Assembly: GCA_965198115.1 (NCBI GenBank)
Contig: OZ240241.1
Span: 3,392,001-3,456,000, forward strand
Reading direction: 5' to 3'
Origin: Candidatus Latescibacterota bacterium
GTDB taxonomy: Bacteria > Latescibacterota > UBA2968
Length of the DNA: 64,000 bases
Numbering within the stretch: position 1 is the first letter of the stretch; the number at the start of each line of letters is the position of its first letter. The position numbers and the translations under genes were made by a program. The notes beneath the pieces are model-generated. The model saw nothing but the letters and a program-made list of their open reading frames with translations. It did not search any database and was not told the origin of the DNA. Positions 27,392 through 38,395 of this stretch are shown here, piece by piece.

Positions 27392-27820
27392 GTGAATTTT
27401 CGCCGAACACCGAAAATCGGACGGGACGCCATGCTCAAATCGCGTCCGGCTCGGAACGACGCACTCGATTGGGAACGAACGGACTCCGAAGAGGTGACGA
27501 TCACCCTGACCCGGGGCACCGACTGGAAGGCGCGTATTCTGTCGAAAATCTTCTGGATCCCGGAAAGCCGGACCCTCCTTCTCGATCAGATCGGCGCGCA
27601 GGTGTGGGAAATGTGCGATGGAAAGACGTCGGTCGACGCGATGATCCGGAAGCTGAGCGAAGACCACAAACTGAACCTCAAAGAGGCCGAGGTTTCGCTC
27701 CTGAGCTACCTCCAAAGCTTGGGCAAGAAGCGACTCGTCGGCTTTCTCGTCGATAAAAAGGACCTGCCGAAGACCAAGAAAAAGGGGCCCAACGCGAGTG
27801 GGAAGGCCTGGGGCGCCTGA
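27392..27820 (+). CDS. PqqD/RRE family protein with Lys-rich tail
   Basis: LDQIGAQVWEMCDGKTSVDAMIRKLSEDH…LLSYLQSLGKKRLV; start uncertain. Confidence 0.75.
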   Translation: MNFRRTPKIGRDAMLKSRPARNDALDWERTDSEEVTITLTRGTDWKARILSKIFWIPESRTLLLDQIGAQVWEMCDGKTSVDAMIRKLSEDHKLNLKEAEVSLLSYLQSLGKKRLVGFLVDKKDLPKTKKKGPNASGKAWGA

Positions 27821-27840
27821 CCCTATTGAAATCACTAAGC

Positions 27841-27882
27841 AAAAAAGGCTCTGCCGGTCGTCGGCAGAGCCTGATTTCTTTT
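27841..27882. terminator. Bidirectional intrinsic terminator
   Basis: A-run, AGGCTCTGCCG-GTCGT-CGGCAGAGCCT, then T-rich tail; lies between PqqD and nuoN. Confidence 0.75.
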
Positions 27883-27901
27883 GGGACATGGCGTGTGGAC
27901 G

Positions 27902-29425
27902 CTATCGCAACATCGCCTGGACGGCCTCTTGTGCCGGAGCGTATAGCGTCGTCGATTGCGCGGTCAGGTCCGACAAGGGCCCGAAATAGACGCCGAACAC
28001 GACGGTGCCCGCGAACAGCACGGCCAGGGTCACCGTCGCGAACGCCGGAATGCCCAGAGGCTCTCGAGTGACCGGATCTTCCAGATACATCGTGCGAGCG
28101 ATACGCCAGTAGTAGTAGAGCGATACGGCACTGTTCAACACACCGACTACCGCCAGCCACCAGAGTCCGCCCTTCACGACCGCGCTGAACAGATACACCT
28201 TGCCCGCGAATCCCGCCGTTGGCGGTAGCCCGGTTAACGACGCCAGGAAAAACGTCATGACCGCCGCCACGAAAGGCGATCGCCAGCCCAGGCCGGAAAA
28301 GTCTTTGATATCTTCGCTGCCCGTCTTATCGGCCACGAGCAACACGACGAAGAATGCGCCGAGATTCATAAAGAGGTAAACGCCGGCGTAGAACATCACG
28401 CCCTGGAGTCCAGCCGAGGACAGCATCACCACGCCCATCATCATGTAGCCGGCGTGCGCGATACTCGAGTAGGCGAGGAGCCGCTTGAGGTTGTTCTGCC
28501 AGATCGCCGTCAGATTGCCCAGTGTCATCGTGCAAGCGGAGATGATCGCCAGTAGTTCTGGCCAATTTCCGGCGAGGGATGTCCACTCCGTGCCGTCGTA
28601 GGACGACAGCCCAAGGTAGAAGAACCGCGCCAGCATCGCGAAACCGACGGCCTTGGGTGCCACGGACAGAAACGCAGTGACCGGTGTGGGGGCGCCCTCG
28701 TAGACGTCAGGACACCAGAAGTGGAACGGCACCGACGCCACCTTATATCCGAACCCGGCCATCGCCATCGTCGCGGCGAGGAACAATGTGAGGTCCAGAC
28801 CCCCCTGCGCGGCGATCCGGGCGGACACCTCGAAAACGTCGAGCGATCCCGTCAGGCCGTAGATCAGGCTGAAACCATACAACATCACGCCCGACGACAC
28901 GCCCCCGTAGACCACATACTTGAGAGCCGCTTCGTTCGATCGCTGCACGTGCCGCTGGTAGCCAGCCAGGATGAACGACGGAAGACTCACCAGCTCGAGC
29001 GACAGATACATCATGAGCAGGTTCGTCGAGGATGCCATGAAGAAACCGCCCAGGACGATCGTCAGCAGGACGGCGTAGAACTCCGCCATCTTTTCATCGA
29101 TGTCTTTCGATTGGACGCCGAACAGGACGACGACGATGGTCGTCAGGACCATCAGCAGTTTGAAGAACAAGCCGAAGTCGTCGAGCGCCATCATGCCGGC
29201 AAACAGTGAACGGGGTTCCGATCCGTATAGACCGACGATCGATGAGAGGGCCCAGACCAGACCCGCCAGCGTGAGCGACGTCATCAGCCACCACTTCTCG
29301 CCGTCGTAGATCAGATCGACCGTCACGATCACCAGAATCGAAATCGTGAGGGCGATCTCGGGCCCGGCGAAGTGGAGACTCTCCGTGTTGGAGGCGATCG
29401 CCGTTCGAAGGAATTCCGTCAACAA
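27902..29425 (-). CDS. nuoN: NADH-quinone oxidoreductase subunit N
   Basis: SNEAALKY, FKVASVPFHFWCPDVYEGAPTP-like motif, KRLLAYSSIAHAGY. Confidence 0.93.
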   Translation of the reverse strand: MLTEFLRTAIASNTESLHFAGPEIALTISILVIVTVDLIYDGEKWWLMTSLTLAGLVWALSSIVGLYGSEPRSLFAGMMALDDFGLFFKLLMVLTTIVVVLFGVQSKDIDEKMAEFYAVLLTIVLGGFFMASSTNLLMMYLSLELVSLPSFILAGYQRHVQRSNEAALKYVVYGGVSSGVMLYGFSLIYGLTGSLDVFEVSARIAAQGGLDLTLFLAATMAMAGFGYKVASVPFHFWCPDVYEGAPTPVTAFLSVAPKAVGFAMLARFFYLGLSSYDGTEWTSLAGNWPELLAIISACTMTLGNLTAIWQNNLKRLLAYSSIAHAGYMMMGVVMLSSAGLQGVMFYAGVYLFMNLGAFFVVLLVADKTGSEDIKDFSGLGWRSPFVAAVMTFFLASLTGLPPTAGFAGKVYLFSAVVKGGLWWLAVVGVLNSAVSLYYYWRIARTMYLEDPVTREPLGIPAFATVTLAVLFAGTVVFGVYFGPLSDLTAQSTTLYAPAQEAVQAMLR

Positions 29426-29432
29426 ACGCTCC

Positions 29433-31013
29433 TTAGAAGCCGCTCATCGCCATCCCCGAATGGGCGGACAGCGTGTGGGAAAGATCGCTCAGCGAAGCCG
29501 AGATCAGATCCAGCACGGGCATCGGGTAGACACCCAGGATGATGACGACGACAGCCAACGGCACGAGTGTCGCGATCTCGCGCGTGTTGATCTCGGGCAA
29601 GTCCTTGTTGCGTTCGCTGAAGGACCCCATGAACAACCGTTGAAACGCCCAGAGCATGTAAGCGGCACCGAGTAGCACGCCCAGCGTTCCAACGATCGTC
29701 AGCGTACGATGAACCGGGAACGCACCCAGGAAGCAAAGCGCCTCGCTGATGAAACCCGACAGACCGGGAAGACCGAGCGCGGCGAAGTAGGCGACCATCG
29801 TCAGGCTGCCATAAATCGGCATGTGTGACCAGAGTCCGCCAAACCCGAGTTGGCCGCGCAACTCCGGCTCGTGGTAATCGTTCGGAAACACGATGTATCG
29901 ATGGTGGGCGCGGTCGTAAATCACGCCCACGAGGAGGAAGAGCATCGCCGTGATCGTCCCGTGATTGAACATTTGGAACACGGCCCCGTTGATGCCGTGC
30001 ACCGTGAAAGCGGACATCCCCAGCATCACGTAGCCCATGTGGCTGATACTCGAGTAGGCGACCAGTCGTTTGAGGTCGCTTTGCGCCATGGCGCAGAACG
30101 CTCCGTAGATGATGTTGATGACACCGATCACTGCAAGGAACGTGCTGAAATACTGGGACGCATCGGGCAGCATGGGGTAGTTGAAACGCAGGATGCCGTA
30201 GGTCCCCATCTTCAGCAGCACGCCGGCCAGGATCACGCTGATCGCGGTGGGTGCTTCGACGTGAGCGTCGGGCAACCAGGTGTGGAACGGAAACAGCGGC
30301 ACCTTGATCGCGAACCCGATGAACATGGCCATCCACAGCATCAGCGGAGCAGAGCGTCCAAAGATAGTACCGGCCTTGAGCCACTCACTGTGGTTCGCCT
30401 GATCCATCATCACGAGCATGTTAAAAGTGTTTTCGCCCGTCGCTGGATCGGTCGTGTGGAAATACATCGCCAGCATCGCGAGCAGGAGCAGCACGCTCCC
30501 CGCAAGCGTAAACAGGAAGAACTTGATCGCCGCATACTCCTTGCGCGGCCCTCCCCAGATGCCGATCAGGAAATACATCGGCAGGAGCATGATCTCCCAA
30601 AACACGTAGAACAGAAAGAAGTCGAGGGAGACGAAAACACCCTGCATACCCGTCTGGAGCAACAGAAGCAGCGCGAAGTAGCCCTTCACGCCTTTGTCGA
30701 TCAACCAGGAGGCGGGGACGCAGAGGATCGTGATCAGGGCGGTCAACAACACCATCGACACGCTCAGGCCATCGATCCCGACGTGGTATTCGATGTTGAA
30801 CGACGGAATCCACGCCATCTGCACGACGAACTGCATCGCCGGATCGGCCCGATCGTAGGCATTGAACAACCAGATCGCGAGCAGCATGCAGATGCCGGTG
30901 GTCAGCAGCGCAAGCCACCGGATGGTATTCTTCTGCTCGCCCGGGATGCACAAAATCACCACAGCGCCGATCACCGGGACAAAAGTGAGAAGTGTCAGAA
31001 TCCACTGATCCAT
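29433..31013 (-). CDS. nuoM: NADH-quinone oxidoreductase subunit M
   Basis: FYVFWEIMLLPMYFLIGIWG, FAIKVPLFPFHTWLPDAHVEAPT, LLKMGTYG. Confidence 0.94.
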   Translation of the reverse strand: MDQWILTLLTFVPVIGAVVILCIPGEQKNTIRWLALLTTGICMLLAIWLFNAYDRADPAMQFVVQMAWIPSFNIEYHVGIDGLSVSMVLLTALITILCVPASWLIDKGVKGYFALLLLLQTGMQGVFVSLDFFLFYVFWEIMLLPMYFLIGIWGGPRKEYAAIKFFLFTLAGSVLLLLAMLAMYFHTTDPATGENTFNMLVMMDQANHSEWLKAGTIFGRSAPLMLWMAMFIGFAIKVPLFPFHTWLPDAHVEAPTAISVILAGVLLKMGTYGILRFNYPMLPDASQYFSTFLAVIGVINIIYGAFCAMAQSDLKRLVAYSSISHMGYVMLGMSAFTVHGINGAVFQMFNHGTITAMLFLLVGVIYDRAHHRYIVFPNDYHEPELRGQLGFGGLWSHMPIYGSLTMVAYFAALGLPGLSGFISEALCFLGAFPVHRTLTIVGTLGVLLGAAYMLWAFQRLFMGSFSERNKDLPEINTREIATLVPLAVVVIILGVYPMPVLDLISASLSDLSHTLSAHSGMAMSGF

Positions 31014-31035
31014 CCGTCGAACTCCTCCCGCTCTA

Positions 31036-33111
31036 TTAGACGACCATCCTGGCGACCATCAACACGATGATGCCAGCCAGGAGCAAGATTACATAGGTCT
31101 GAATCCGGCCGGTCTGAACGCGTCGCAGCTGCCCCCCGGCTTCGATAATCGTGTCCGCCAACAGGTTGACGAGCCCGTCGACGACCTTCTCGTCGATCAA
31201 CCCCTTCAACCACGCAATGGCGCGCGTAAAGTAGGCCGTCATGTTCACGAGTCCGTCGATGATCCACGTGTCGAACCACGATAGAACACTGCGAATGACC
31301 AACGTTCCCCGGATGAAACTCGCCCCATACATTTCGTCGAAGTACCACTTGTTGTGGAGCGCGCGGAACAGCCACGAGGTCTCTATCAGCTTGGCCTCGT
31401 GTTCCATCATCGCCTTCTGGTTCCCGTAGTAGCGCCTGTAAGCCAGGAAGATGCCGCTCGACGCCAGCACGATCGACAGGGCCATCGCGGGGTAGTGAGC
31501 CCGGTGCGCCGGGTCGTCGTGACTCCCGGCCGCCATCGCCACGCCATCCGTCCTCGGCACCTCATCGGGCGACGATGCGTGATGCCCATCCATCTGCGCG
31601 ACTTGGGTGGGCTCGTGTACCAGAGCGTGGAACCACCCCTCCCCGATCGGGTTCAGGCTGTAGAAGAACCAGAGACTGAGCGTCGACAGAACCACGAGCG
31701 GAATCGTCATCACGCGGGGCGACTCGTGAGCGTGGGACACGCGCTCATCGGCTGGCTCGCCATAGAACGTGACGAACACCAGACGGAACATGTAGTAGGC
31801 CGTCAAGAAGGCTGCACCGAAACCCATCAACGGCAGCAGGAAGTGCTGTGGATACGCAAACCCACCGAAACCCAACGCTCCTGCGAGGATCGCGTCCTTG
31901 CTCAGAAACCCGGACGTCAGCGGCACACCCGCCAGGGCGACCGTTGCCAACAGGAAAGTCGCGAACGTGATCGGCATCTGCTTCCTCAGGCCACCCATGT
32001 TTCGCATGTCCTGCGGATCGACGTGGTGATCGTCGCCATAGGCGTCGTGCATCGCGTGGATCACGCTTCCACTCCCGAGGAACAAACAGGCCTTGAAGGC
32101 CGCGTGCGTGACAAGGTGGAAAAGTCCCGCCACGTAGGCGCCCACCCCCAACCCCATGATCATGTAGCCCAGCTGGCTGATCGTGGAGTAGGCCAGCACC
32201 CTTTTGATGTCGTATTGAGCCACCGCGATCGTCGAGCCGAGTAGTGCCGTGATCCCGCCGATATAGGCGATGACGATCATGGCGTCGGGCGTGAGGATCG
32301 GGAACATGCGCGTCACCATGTACACGCCCGCGGCCACCATCGTCGCCGCGTGAATCAGCGCGCTGACCGGCGTCGGACCTTCCATCGCGTCGGGCAACCA
32401 CACGTGGAGCGGGAACTGGGCGGACTTGCCGATCGCGCCGCAGAACAAACAGAGCCCGGCGGCCGTCAACAGCCAGCCACTCACTTTCCCCGCCGCGATT
32501 CCGGCAAACACGCTCTCGTAATCGAACGCACCGACCTTCCAGAACAGGATCATGATCCCGACGAAGAAGCCGAGGTCCCCGACGCGGTTCACCAGGAAAG
32601 CCTTCTTGCACGCACTTGCCGGAGCGTCGCGCTCGAACCAGAACCCGATTAACAGATAGGAGCTCAGACCAACGAGTTCCCAAAAAACGTAGAGCAGGAG
32701 GAAGTTGTCGACGATCACCAGACCGAGCATCGAGAAAGAGAAGATGCCCAGGAAGCCGAAGAACCGGCTGTATTTCGGATCGCCGTGCATGTAGCCCACC
32801 GAGTAAAGGTGGACCAGGAAGCTGACGACCGTCACGACCATCAGCATGACTGCGGTGATGTTGTCGACGAGAAGACCGACGCTGATTTGATGAGAGGTGA
32901 GGTCGAGCCAAACAAAGCGCTCGAACGATAGCTCCCAATCTGGCGTATAAGCGCCGAGCGCCATCGCAAAGATGCGTAGAGACAACAGGAAGGCGATTCC
33001 GATGCAGGCGAGCGGGACGAAGTTCCCTCCGCGTGGCAGACGTCGACCGAAGAAGGCCTGGACGGCGTATCCCAGCAGGGGAAGCAACGGAATCAGAATG
33101 ACCGAGACCAT
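31036..33111 (-). CDS. nuoL: NADH-quinone oxidoreductase subunit L
   Basis: KAFLVNRVGD, GKSAQFPLHVWLPDAMEGPTPVSALIHAATMV, KWYFDE, QTGRIQTY. Confidence 0.94.
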   Translation of the reverse strand: MVSVILIPLLPLLGYAVQAFFGRRLPRGGNFVPLACIGIAFLLSLRIFAMALGAYTPDWELSFERFVWLDLTSHQISVGLLVDNITAVMLMVVTVVSFLVHLYSVGYMHGDPKYSRFFGFLGIFSFSMLGLVIVDNFLLLYVFWELVGLSSYLLIGFWFERDAPASACKKAFLVNRVGDLGFFVGIMILFWKVGAFDYESVFAGIAAGKVSGWLLTAAGLCLFCGAIGKSAQFPLHVWLPDAMEGPTPVSALIHAATMVAAGVYMVTRMFPILTPDAMIVIAYIGGITALLGSTIAVAQYDIKRVLAYSTISQLGYMIMGLGVGAYVAGLFHLVTHAAFKACLFLGSGSVIHAMHDAYGDDHHVDPQDMRNMGGLRKQMPITFATFLLATVALAGVPLTSGFLSKDAILAGALGFGGFAYPQHFLLPLMGFGAAFLTAYYMFRLVFVTFYGEPADERVSHAHESPRVMTIPLVVLSTLSLWFFYSLNPIGEGWFHALVHEPTQVAQMDGHHASSPDEVPRTDGVAMAAGSHDDPAHRAHYPAMALSIVLASSGIFLAYRRYYGNQKAMMEHEAKLIETSWLFRALHNKWYFDEMYGASFIRGTLVIRSVLSWFDTWIIDGLVNMTAYFTRAIAWLKGLIDEKVVDGLVNLLADTIIEAGGQLRRVQTGRIQTYVILLLAGIIVLMVARMVV

Positions 33112-33170
33112 ATCTCTCCAGAAAGCGACGACTGCAGGCCTACGACAACCTCATCGGACGCCACGGGTCG

Positions 33171-33476
33171 TTACCCGCTCAGCGAGTGAAGCCTGTCGAC
33201 CGTCACCGTGTGGTGGTTGCGATAGATATTCAGAACGATGGCGAGAGCAACCGCAGCCTCGGCCGCAGCCAGGATGATCACGAACAGAGCGAACAGCTGA
33301 CCGCTGATCCCCACGTCCGAAAACCTGGCGAATGCCACGAGGTTGATATTGCCGGCGTTGAGGATCAACTCGACACCCATCAGGACGCTGATCGCGTTCC
33401 GTCGCGTCGAAACGGCCAGAATCCCGAGCGAGAACAGAACGGCCGCAACCACGAGGTAGTGTTCGAGACCGATCAC
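33171..33476 (-). CDS. nuoK: NADH-quinone oxidoreductase subunit K
   Basis: LMGVELILNA, AAAEAAVALAI. Confidence 0.92.
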   Translation of the reverse strand: MIGLEHYLVVAAVLFSLGILAVSTRRNAISVLMGVELILNAGNINLVAFARFSDVGISGQLFALFVIILAAAEAAVALAIVLNIYRNHHTVTVDRLHSLSG

Positions 33477-33982
33477 AGCTCCCCCTCCTCGCTCTCGTGG
33501 CTGGCCAGCATCGACGCTCCGATAAGCGCTGCGAGCAACAGCATGGCCGCGATCTCGAAGGGCAGCACGTACTCGGTGATCAACAGTCGCCCGAGGGCTG
33601 CCGTCGTGCTCGCGGGCTCGACCACCTCGACCGTCCTCCACGGTGTTCGAAAAATGACCACCGCCAGGAGCGCGAACCCGACCCCCACGACCGCCACGCT
33701 ACGCTTGAAGTGCACGCGCTCGGCCAGAATCTGCAGGTCATAGATACGATTCGTGAGCATCACGCCGAACAGCATCAGCACGAGGATGCCGCCCACGTAG
33801 ACGAGCACCTGTGCACCCGCCACGAAGTCAGCGCCCAGGAATACGTAGAGGCCGGCGGTGCCGAAGAACGTGAACAACAGGGCGAACACCGCGTGGATCA
33901 GGCGATTCGCAAAAACGACCACGGCCCCCGAACCCACCGTAATGAGGGCGAACAGATAAAAGATTACCGTCGAGAGCGCCAT
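33473..33982 (-). CDS. nuoJ: NADH-quinone oxidoreductase subunit J
   Basis: QVLVYVGGILVLMLFGVMLT, YVLPFE. Confidence 0.92.
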   Translation of the reverse strand: MALSTVIFYLFALITVGSGAVVVFANRLIHAVFALLFTFFGTAGLYVFLGADFVAGAQVLVYVGGILVLMLFGVMLTNRIYDLQILAERVHFKRSVAVVGVGFALLAVVIFRTPWRTVEVVEPASTTAALGRLLITEYVLPFEIAAMLLLAALIGASMLASHESEEGEL

Positions 33983-33983
33983 C

Positions 33984-34490
33984 TCAGTCGGCCGTCGCCG
34001 CCTCCGCATCGTCCTTTGCCGCCGCTGCCTTCTCCAGCTCGTCGTACTCCCACGGCTTCGCGTATTCGTAAAGAAGATCGGTGCGATCGTAGACCGACGC
34101 CTCGTAGTTCGGCGTCATGATCAGACACTCGGTCGGGCACGGATACGTGCACAGTCCGCAGTAGCAGCACAGCGCCATGTCGATGTCGAAGCGAAGCACC
34201 TTCAACCGCTTCTTCGTGCCCTTCGACGTCATACCGAGATCGATGTCATCGCCGACCTTCTCGCACTCGATGTAGATACAGTCGACCGGACACGCTCTGG
34301 CACACTGATCACAACCGATGCAATCGTCGATGTCGTTGAAAAGCTGGTTCCGCGATCGCTCCGGCATCTCCCACCGTTCTTCGGGATACTGTAGCGTGAT
34401 CGAAGGCGTAAAGAGATGTTTGAGGGTGATGTTCATCCCCACCCAGATCGTGGACACCGACTGTACGATGTTCGAAAAATAGCGCCTCAT
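33984..34490 (-). CDS. nuoI: NADH-quinone oxidoreductase subunit I
   Basis: TLQYPEE, CIGCDQCARACP, CCYCGLCTYPCP (two 4Fe-4S motifs). Confidence 0.9.
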   Translation of the reverse strand: MRRYFSNIVQSVSTIWVGMNITLKHLFTPSITLQYPEERWEMPERSRNQLFNDIDDCIGCDQCARACPVDCIYIECEKVGDDIDLGMTSKGTKKRLKVLRFDIDMALCCYCGLCTYPCPTECLIMTPNYEASVYDRTDLLYEYAKPWEYDELEKAAAAKDDAEAATAD

Positions 34491-34516
34491 GGGCTTACCT
34501 CGGGTTGGCCCTTCGA

Positions 34517-35689
34517 TCAGGCCGTCTGGGCACGCTGAGAGCGGCCCTCGGAGAGGCCGCGTGCAGCCGACCTCAGGAAGAATGCGAATATGACGATCGT
34601 GACCAGCATGGCGGATCCACTGCCGAGCACGCGCAGCCATTGAGGGGCGGCAAAGTTCCAAACGACCGAACCGAGGATGCAAACGAACGCGGCAGGCGTC
34701 AGGACCTTCCACCCCACAAACATCAGCTGGTCCACTCGCAATCGCGGCACCGTCCAACGCACCCACATCTGCACGAACACGAGCCAAAACATCTTGAGGA
34801 TCATCCAGAACGGCCCACCCGGAAACGTGCCGCCGAAGGGCGAAGACCATCCACCCAGGAAAACCGCGGCCGCAACGAAGCTCACCGCCGCCATCGCCGC
34901 GTACTCGGCGATGAAGAAGAACGAGAATCGCATTCCGCTGTATTCGGTGTGGTAGCCGGCGACGAGTTCCGATTCGGCCTCGGGAATATCGAACGGCGTC
35001 CGATTGACTTCGGCCAGCGTCGAAATGTAAAACAGGAAGAATCCCAAGAAGGTGAACGGATTCCGAAACACGAACCACTCGGCGATCCCACCCTCCTGCG
35101 CTCTAATGATGTCCTGTAGGTTCAACGACCCGACGAGCGGGACGACGGCCAGCAATAGCAACGCCACGGGAATCTCGTATGAGACGACCTGCGCAGCCGA
35201 GCGCATGGCGCCGAGGAGTGCCCATTTGTTGTTCGACGACCACCCCGCCATGAGAATGCCGATCACGCCCATCGACGAGATCGCCATGATATAGAAGAGA
35301 CCGATGTTGAGGTTGCTGACGACAAGCAAATCGCTGAACGGGATAGCGACATAGACCGCGAACGATCCGGCGAACACCAGGAGGGGTGCGAACTTGAACA
35401 GCATCGGGTCGGCCGCGGCCGGAATGATGTCTTCTTTTAACAACAATTTGATGCCATCGGCCAGCGTCTGCGACCACCCGTGCCATCCGCCGACCCGCAT
35501 GGGACCGACCCGATCCTGCATGTGACCCGACACCTTTCGCTCCAACCAGACCAGCACCATACCGAGTACGGCCACGAACGTCAGCAGGATCACACCCGAC
35601 AGGAGTCCGAGGGCCAGGGACACGTAGACGAGTGGAACGTCCGACAGGAAGGGGAGAGAATCGATCAGAGACTGGGCAATCTGCTGCAT
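34517..35689 (-). CDS. nuoH: NADH-quinone oxidoreductase subunit H
   Basis: [48 protein letters not shown]. Confidence 0.94.
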   Translation of the reverse strand: MQQIAQSLIDSLPFLSDVPLVYVSLALGLLSGVILLTFVAVLGMVLVWLERKVSGHMQDRVGPMRVGGWHGWSQTLADGIKLLLKEDIIPAAADPMLFKFAPLLVFAGSFAVYVAIPFSDLLVVSNLNIGLFYIMAISSMGVIGILMAGWSSNNKWALLGAMRSAAQVVSYEIPVALLLLAVVPLVGSLNLQDIIRAQEGGIAEWFVFRNPFTFLGFFLFYISTLAEVNRTPFDIPEAESELVAGYHTEYSGMRFSFFFIAEYAAMAAVSFVAAAVFLGGWSSPFGGTFPGGPFWMILKMFWLVFVQMWVRWTVPRLRVDQLMFVGWKVLTPAAFVCILGSVVWNFAAPQWLRVLGSGSAMLVTIVIFAFFLRSAARGLSEGRSQRAQTA

Positions 35690-35711
35690 AGTGTCGTCGA
35701 TCGGCCCGAGA

Positions 35712-36941
35712 CTACCGGTCGACCTCTCCAAGAACGATGTCGATACTGCCGATCACCGCAATGATGTCGGCCACGTAATGGCCCCTCGTGAGGTAGTTCA
35801 TCGCGCTGATCGCGGTGAAGCAAGGCGATTTGACCTTCACGCGATAGGGCACGTTAGAGCCGTCGCTGATCACGTAGATGCCCATCTCGCCGCGTGGCGT
35901 TTCCGACCGCGTGTAGGCTTCCACATCCTTGGGCGGCCGGACGTTGCGCGGTACCGCTTTATGGACGTCGCCATCTGGCAGCTGATTCAAGGCCTGGCGG
36001 ATGATCTTGACGCTCTCGCCCATCTCTCGGATGCGGACCATGTATCGGTCCCAGCAATCGCCGACCTGGCCCATCTCGCCAGTGCCAACCGGAATGTCGA
36101 ACTCGAAACGATCGTAGATCGAATACGGGTCGTCACGACGCAGGTCCCACTTGACTCCCGACCCACGCAGGTTGGGGCCAGTCAAGTTGTAGGAGTAGGC
36201 CACGTCGACGGGGAGGACGCCGATGTTGGCCGTCCGCTCGATGAAGATCTTGTTGTGCGAGAGAAGGTTGTTGTAATCGACAATCTTGCCTTCGAACTTG
36301 TCGAGGAAGGCCGTGCACTTCTCGATAAAGCCAGGCGGCAGGTCGTGGGAAACGCCGCCCACCCACACGTAGTTGTAGAGCATTCGGGCGCCGCACGTCA
36401 TCTCGAACAGATCGAAGATGTCCTCGCGCTCACGGAACGCGAACAGGAAGGGCGTGAAGGCGCCGATGTCCATTCCGTAGGTACCGAACGACACCAGGTG
36501 ACTCGCCAGCCGGTTGAGCTCGCACACGATGACGCGAATGTATTCGACACGTTCGGGGATTTCGAGCTCGAGCAGACGCTCAACCGCAAGACAGTAGGCC
36601 ATGTTGTTGTTCATGCCGGCCAGATAGTCCATGCGGTCTGTAAACGGAATAACGTGCGGGTAAGGCATGCTTTCAGCGTGCTTCTCGAAGCAGCGATGGA
36701 GATAGCCGATGTGCGGCCGGACGTGCTCGATGATCTCGCCATCGGTCTTGAGCTCGAGCCGGAGCACGCCGTGGGTGCTCGGGTGCTGGGGACCCATATT
36801 GAGGGTCATCAACTCGCTCTCGAGGTTGTCGTCCCCCTCCAGAACCTCGACGTCCGGCAGCCCCGCATGCTCGACGGTCACGTCGGCATCGGGAATCGCG
36901 CCTTCGGGTCGGTCGACGTCTCGAGTCTCGGTATCGGCCAT
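35712..36941 (-). CDS. nuoD: NADH-quinone oxidoreductase subunit D
   Basis: [37 protein letters not shown]; no NiFe CxxC motifs. Confidence 0.95.
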   Translation of the reverse strand: MADTETRDVDRPEGAIPDADVTVEHAGLPDVEVLEGDDNLESELMTLNMGPQHPSTHGVLRLELKTDGEIIEHVRPHIGYLHRCFEKHAESMPYPHVIPFTDRMDYLAGMNNNMAYCLAVERLLELEIPERVEYIRVIVCELNRLASHLVSFGTYGMDIGAFTPFLFAFREREDIFDLFEMTCGARMLYNYVWVGGVSHDLPPGFIEKCTAFLDKFEGKIVDYNNLLSHNKIFIERTANIGVLPVDVAYSYNLTGPNLRGSGVKWDLRRDDPYSIYDRFEFDIPVGTGEMGQVGDCWDRYMVRIREMGESVKIIRQALNQLPDGDVHKAVPRNVRPPKDVEAYTRSETPRGEMGIYVISDGSNVPYRVKVKSPCFTAISAMNYLTRGHYVADIIAVIGSIDIVLGEVDR

Positions 36942-36943
36942 GC

Positions 36944-37420
36944 TCAGACCTCGACCCTGATACCCCGGTAATATTCCTGCACCTGGTAGTCTTTCCTCAG
37001 CGGATACCCATCCCAGTCGTCGGGACACAGAATACGTCGGAGATCGCTGTGTCCGTCGAACACGATCCCCAGCATGTCGTAGGCCTCGCGCTCGTGCCAG
37101 TTTGCCACTTTCCAGACGTTCTCGACCGTCGGTACGTGAGGATTGTCGCGGGGCAACTCGACCTTGAGCGTGATTTTGTGTCGGTGGGAGGAAGAACTCA
37201 GGTGGTAGACAGCGCTTATGTGATCTTCGAAGTCCACACCGCTTAGACACATCAGCGATTCGAACTGCAGCGCGTCGTCATCGTGCAGGTGCGCACAAAC
37301 ATCGGCAACCGACTCTGGCTTGACGCGAATCCACGGGTCGAGGTTTTCCGTCAGGTCAATGACGCCATCGCCGAATTTTTCTTTCAGAGTGTCGTAGATC
37401 TCTTGAGCGGTCATGCTCAT
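36944..37420 (-). CDS. nuoC: NADH-quinone oxidoreductase subunit C
   Basis: [27 protein letters not shown]. Confidence 0.93.
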   Translation of the reverse strand: MSMTAQEIYDTLKEKFGDGVIDLTENLDPWIRVKPESVADVCAHLHDDDALQFESLMCLSGVDFEDHISAVYHLSSSSHRHKITLKVELPRDNPHVPTVENVWKVANWHEREAYDMLGIVFDGHSDLRRILCPDDWDGYPLRKDYQVQEYYRGIRVEV

Positions 37421-37899
37421 CCGACTTTGGCGATCGTCTGGTGGCGGATCTTTTCCTGCAGATTCATCACACCCTCGAGCAGGGATTCGGGGCGAGGAGG
37501 GCAGCCGGGCACGTAGACGTCGACCGGGATGACCCGGTCCACACCCTTGAGGACGTGGTAGCCGTGCTGCCAGTAGGGTCCGCCCGACGTCGCGCAACAC
37601 CCCATGGCAATCACATATCGTGGCTCGGCCATCTGATCGTAGAGCTTCTTCACGCGGGACGACATTTTGAGGGTGACCGTACCAGCCACGATCATGAGAT
37701 CGGATTGACGGGGTGAAGCCCGGGGAATCATTCCGAACCGATCCCAGTCGTAGCGAGAGGCTCCGGTAGCCATCATTTCGATCGCGCAGCACGCCAACCC
37801 GAACGTCATCGGCCAAAGGGCCGAAAGCCTCGCCCAGTTGATGAAGTAATCGAGCGAGGTCACGATCACGTTGTCGTTGAACTGTCCTTCGATTCTCAT
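37417..37899 (-). CDS. nuoB: NADH-quinone oxidoreductase subunit B
   Basis: [33 protein letters not shown]. Confidence 0.94.
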   Translation of the reverse strand: MRIEGQFNDNVIVTSLDYFINWARLSALWPMTFGLACCAIEMMATGASRYDWDRFGMIPRASPRQSDLMIVAGTVTLKMSSRVKKLYDQMAEPRYVIAMGCCATSGGPYWQHGYHVLKGVDRVIPVDVYVPGCPPRPESLLEGVMNLQEKIRHQTIAKVG

Positions 37900-37910
37900 A
37901 GGTAGGTGCC

Positions 37911-38327
37911 TCAGGCCGCCTCTTCGACCAGTGAGCGGGTCATCGTCTCGCGGAACCGGTCGACCTTTGGACGCGCCCAATCGAGCGTCCCTTTCTTCCA
38001 GGCGAACGCCAGCCCGAGGAGAAGAATGACGATGAAGACAAACGCCGCGCCGAACCCGTACCATCCGAATTCCTGGGCGACGACCGCCCAAGGGTAAAGG
38101 AGGACGACTTCGACGTCAAAGATGATGAAATCGAGCGCCACCACGTAGAACCGAATGTTGAACTGGATCCAGGACCCGCCCACCGGTTCTTCGCCACACT
38201 CGTAGGTACTCAGTTTTTCTGGATCGGGATTGTCGGGCCGGAACAGACTGCCCAGAAACAGGTTGAAGACGACAAAGAACGCACCCACGGACAGAAAAAG
38301 GAGTACGTTTGCGTAGTCTATGAGCAT
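37911..38327 (-). CDS. nuoA: NADH-quinone oxidoreductase subunit A
   Basis: [28 protein letters not shown]. Confidence 0.93.
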   Translation of the reverse strand: MLIDYANVLLFLSVGAFFVVFNLFLGSLFRPDNPDPEKLSTYECGEEPVGGSWIQFNIRFYVVALDFIIFDVEVVLLYPWAVVAQEFGWYGFGAAFVFIVILLLGLAFAWKKGTLDWARPKVDRFRETMTRSLVEEAA

Positions 38328-38395
38328 TGCATTAAATTCTTTAAAATCAATCGGTTAAGATACACTCAAGAGGAGCCCCGGAGCAGAGCGTGACT

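Noticed and set aside
35712-37899. Group 4 NiFe hydrogenase instead of complex I
   Set aside because: The large subunit lacks both Ni-binding CxxC motifs and ends in the NuoD-type GEVDR.
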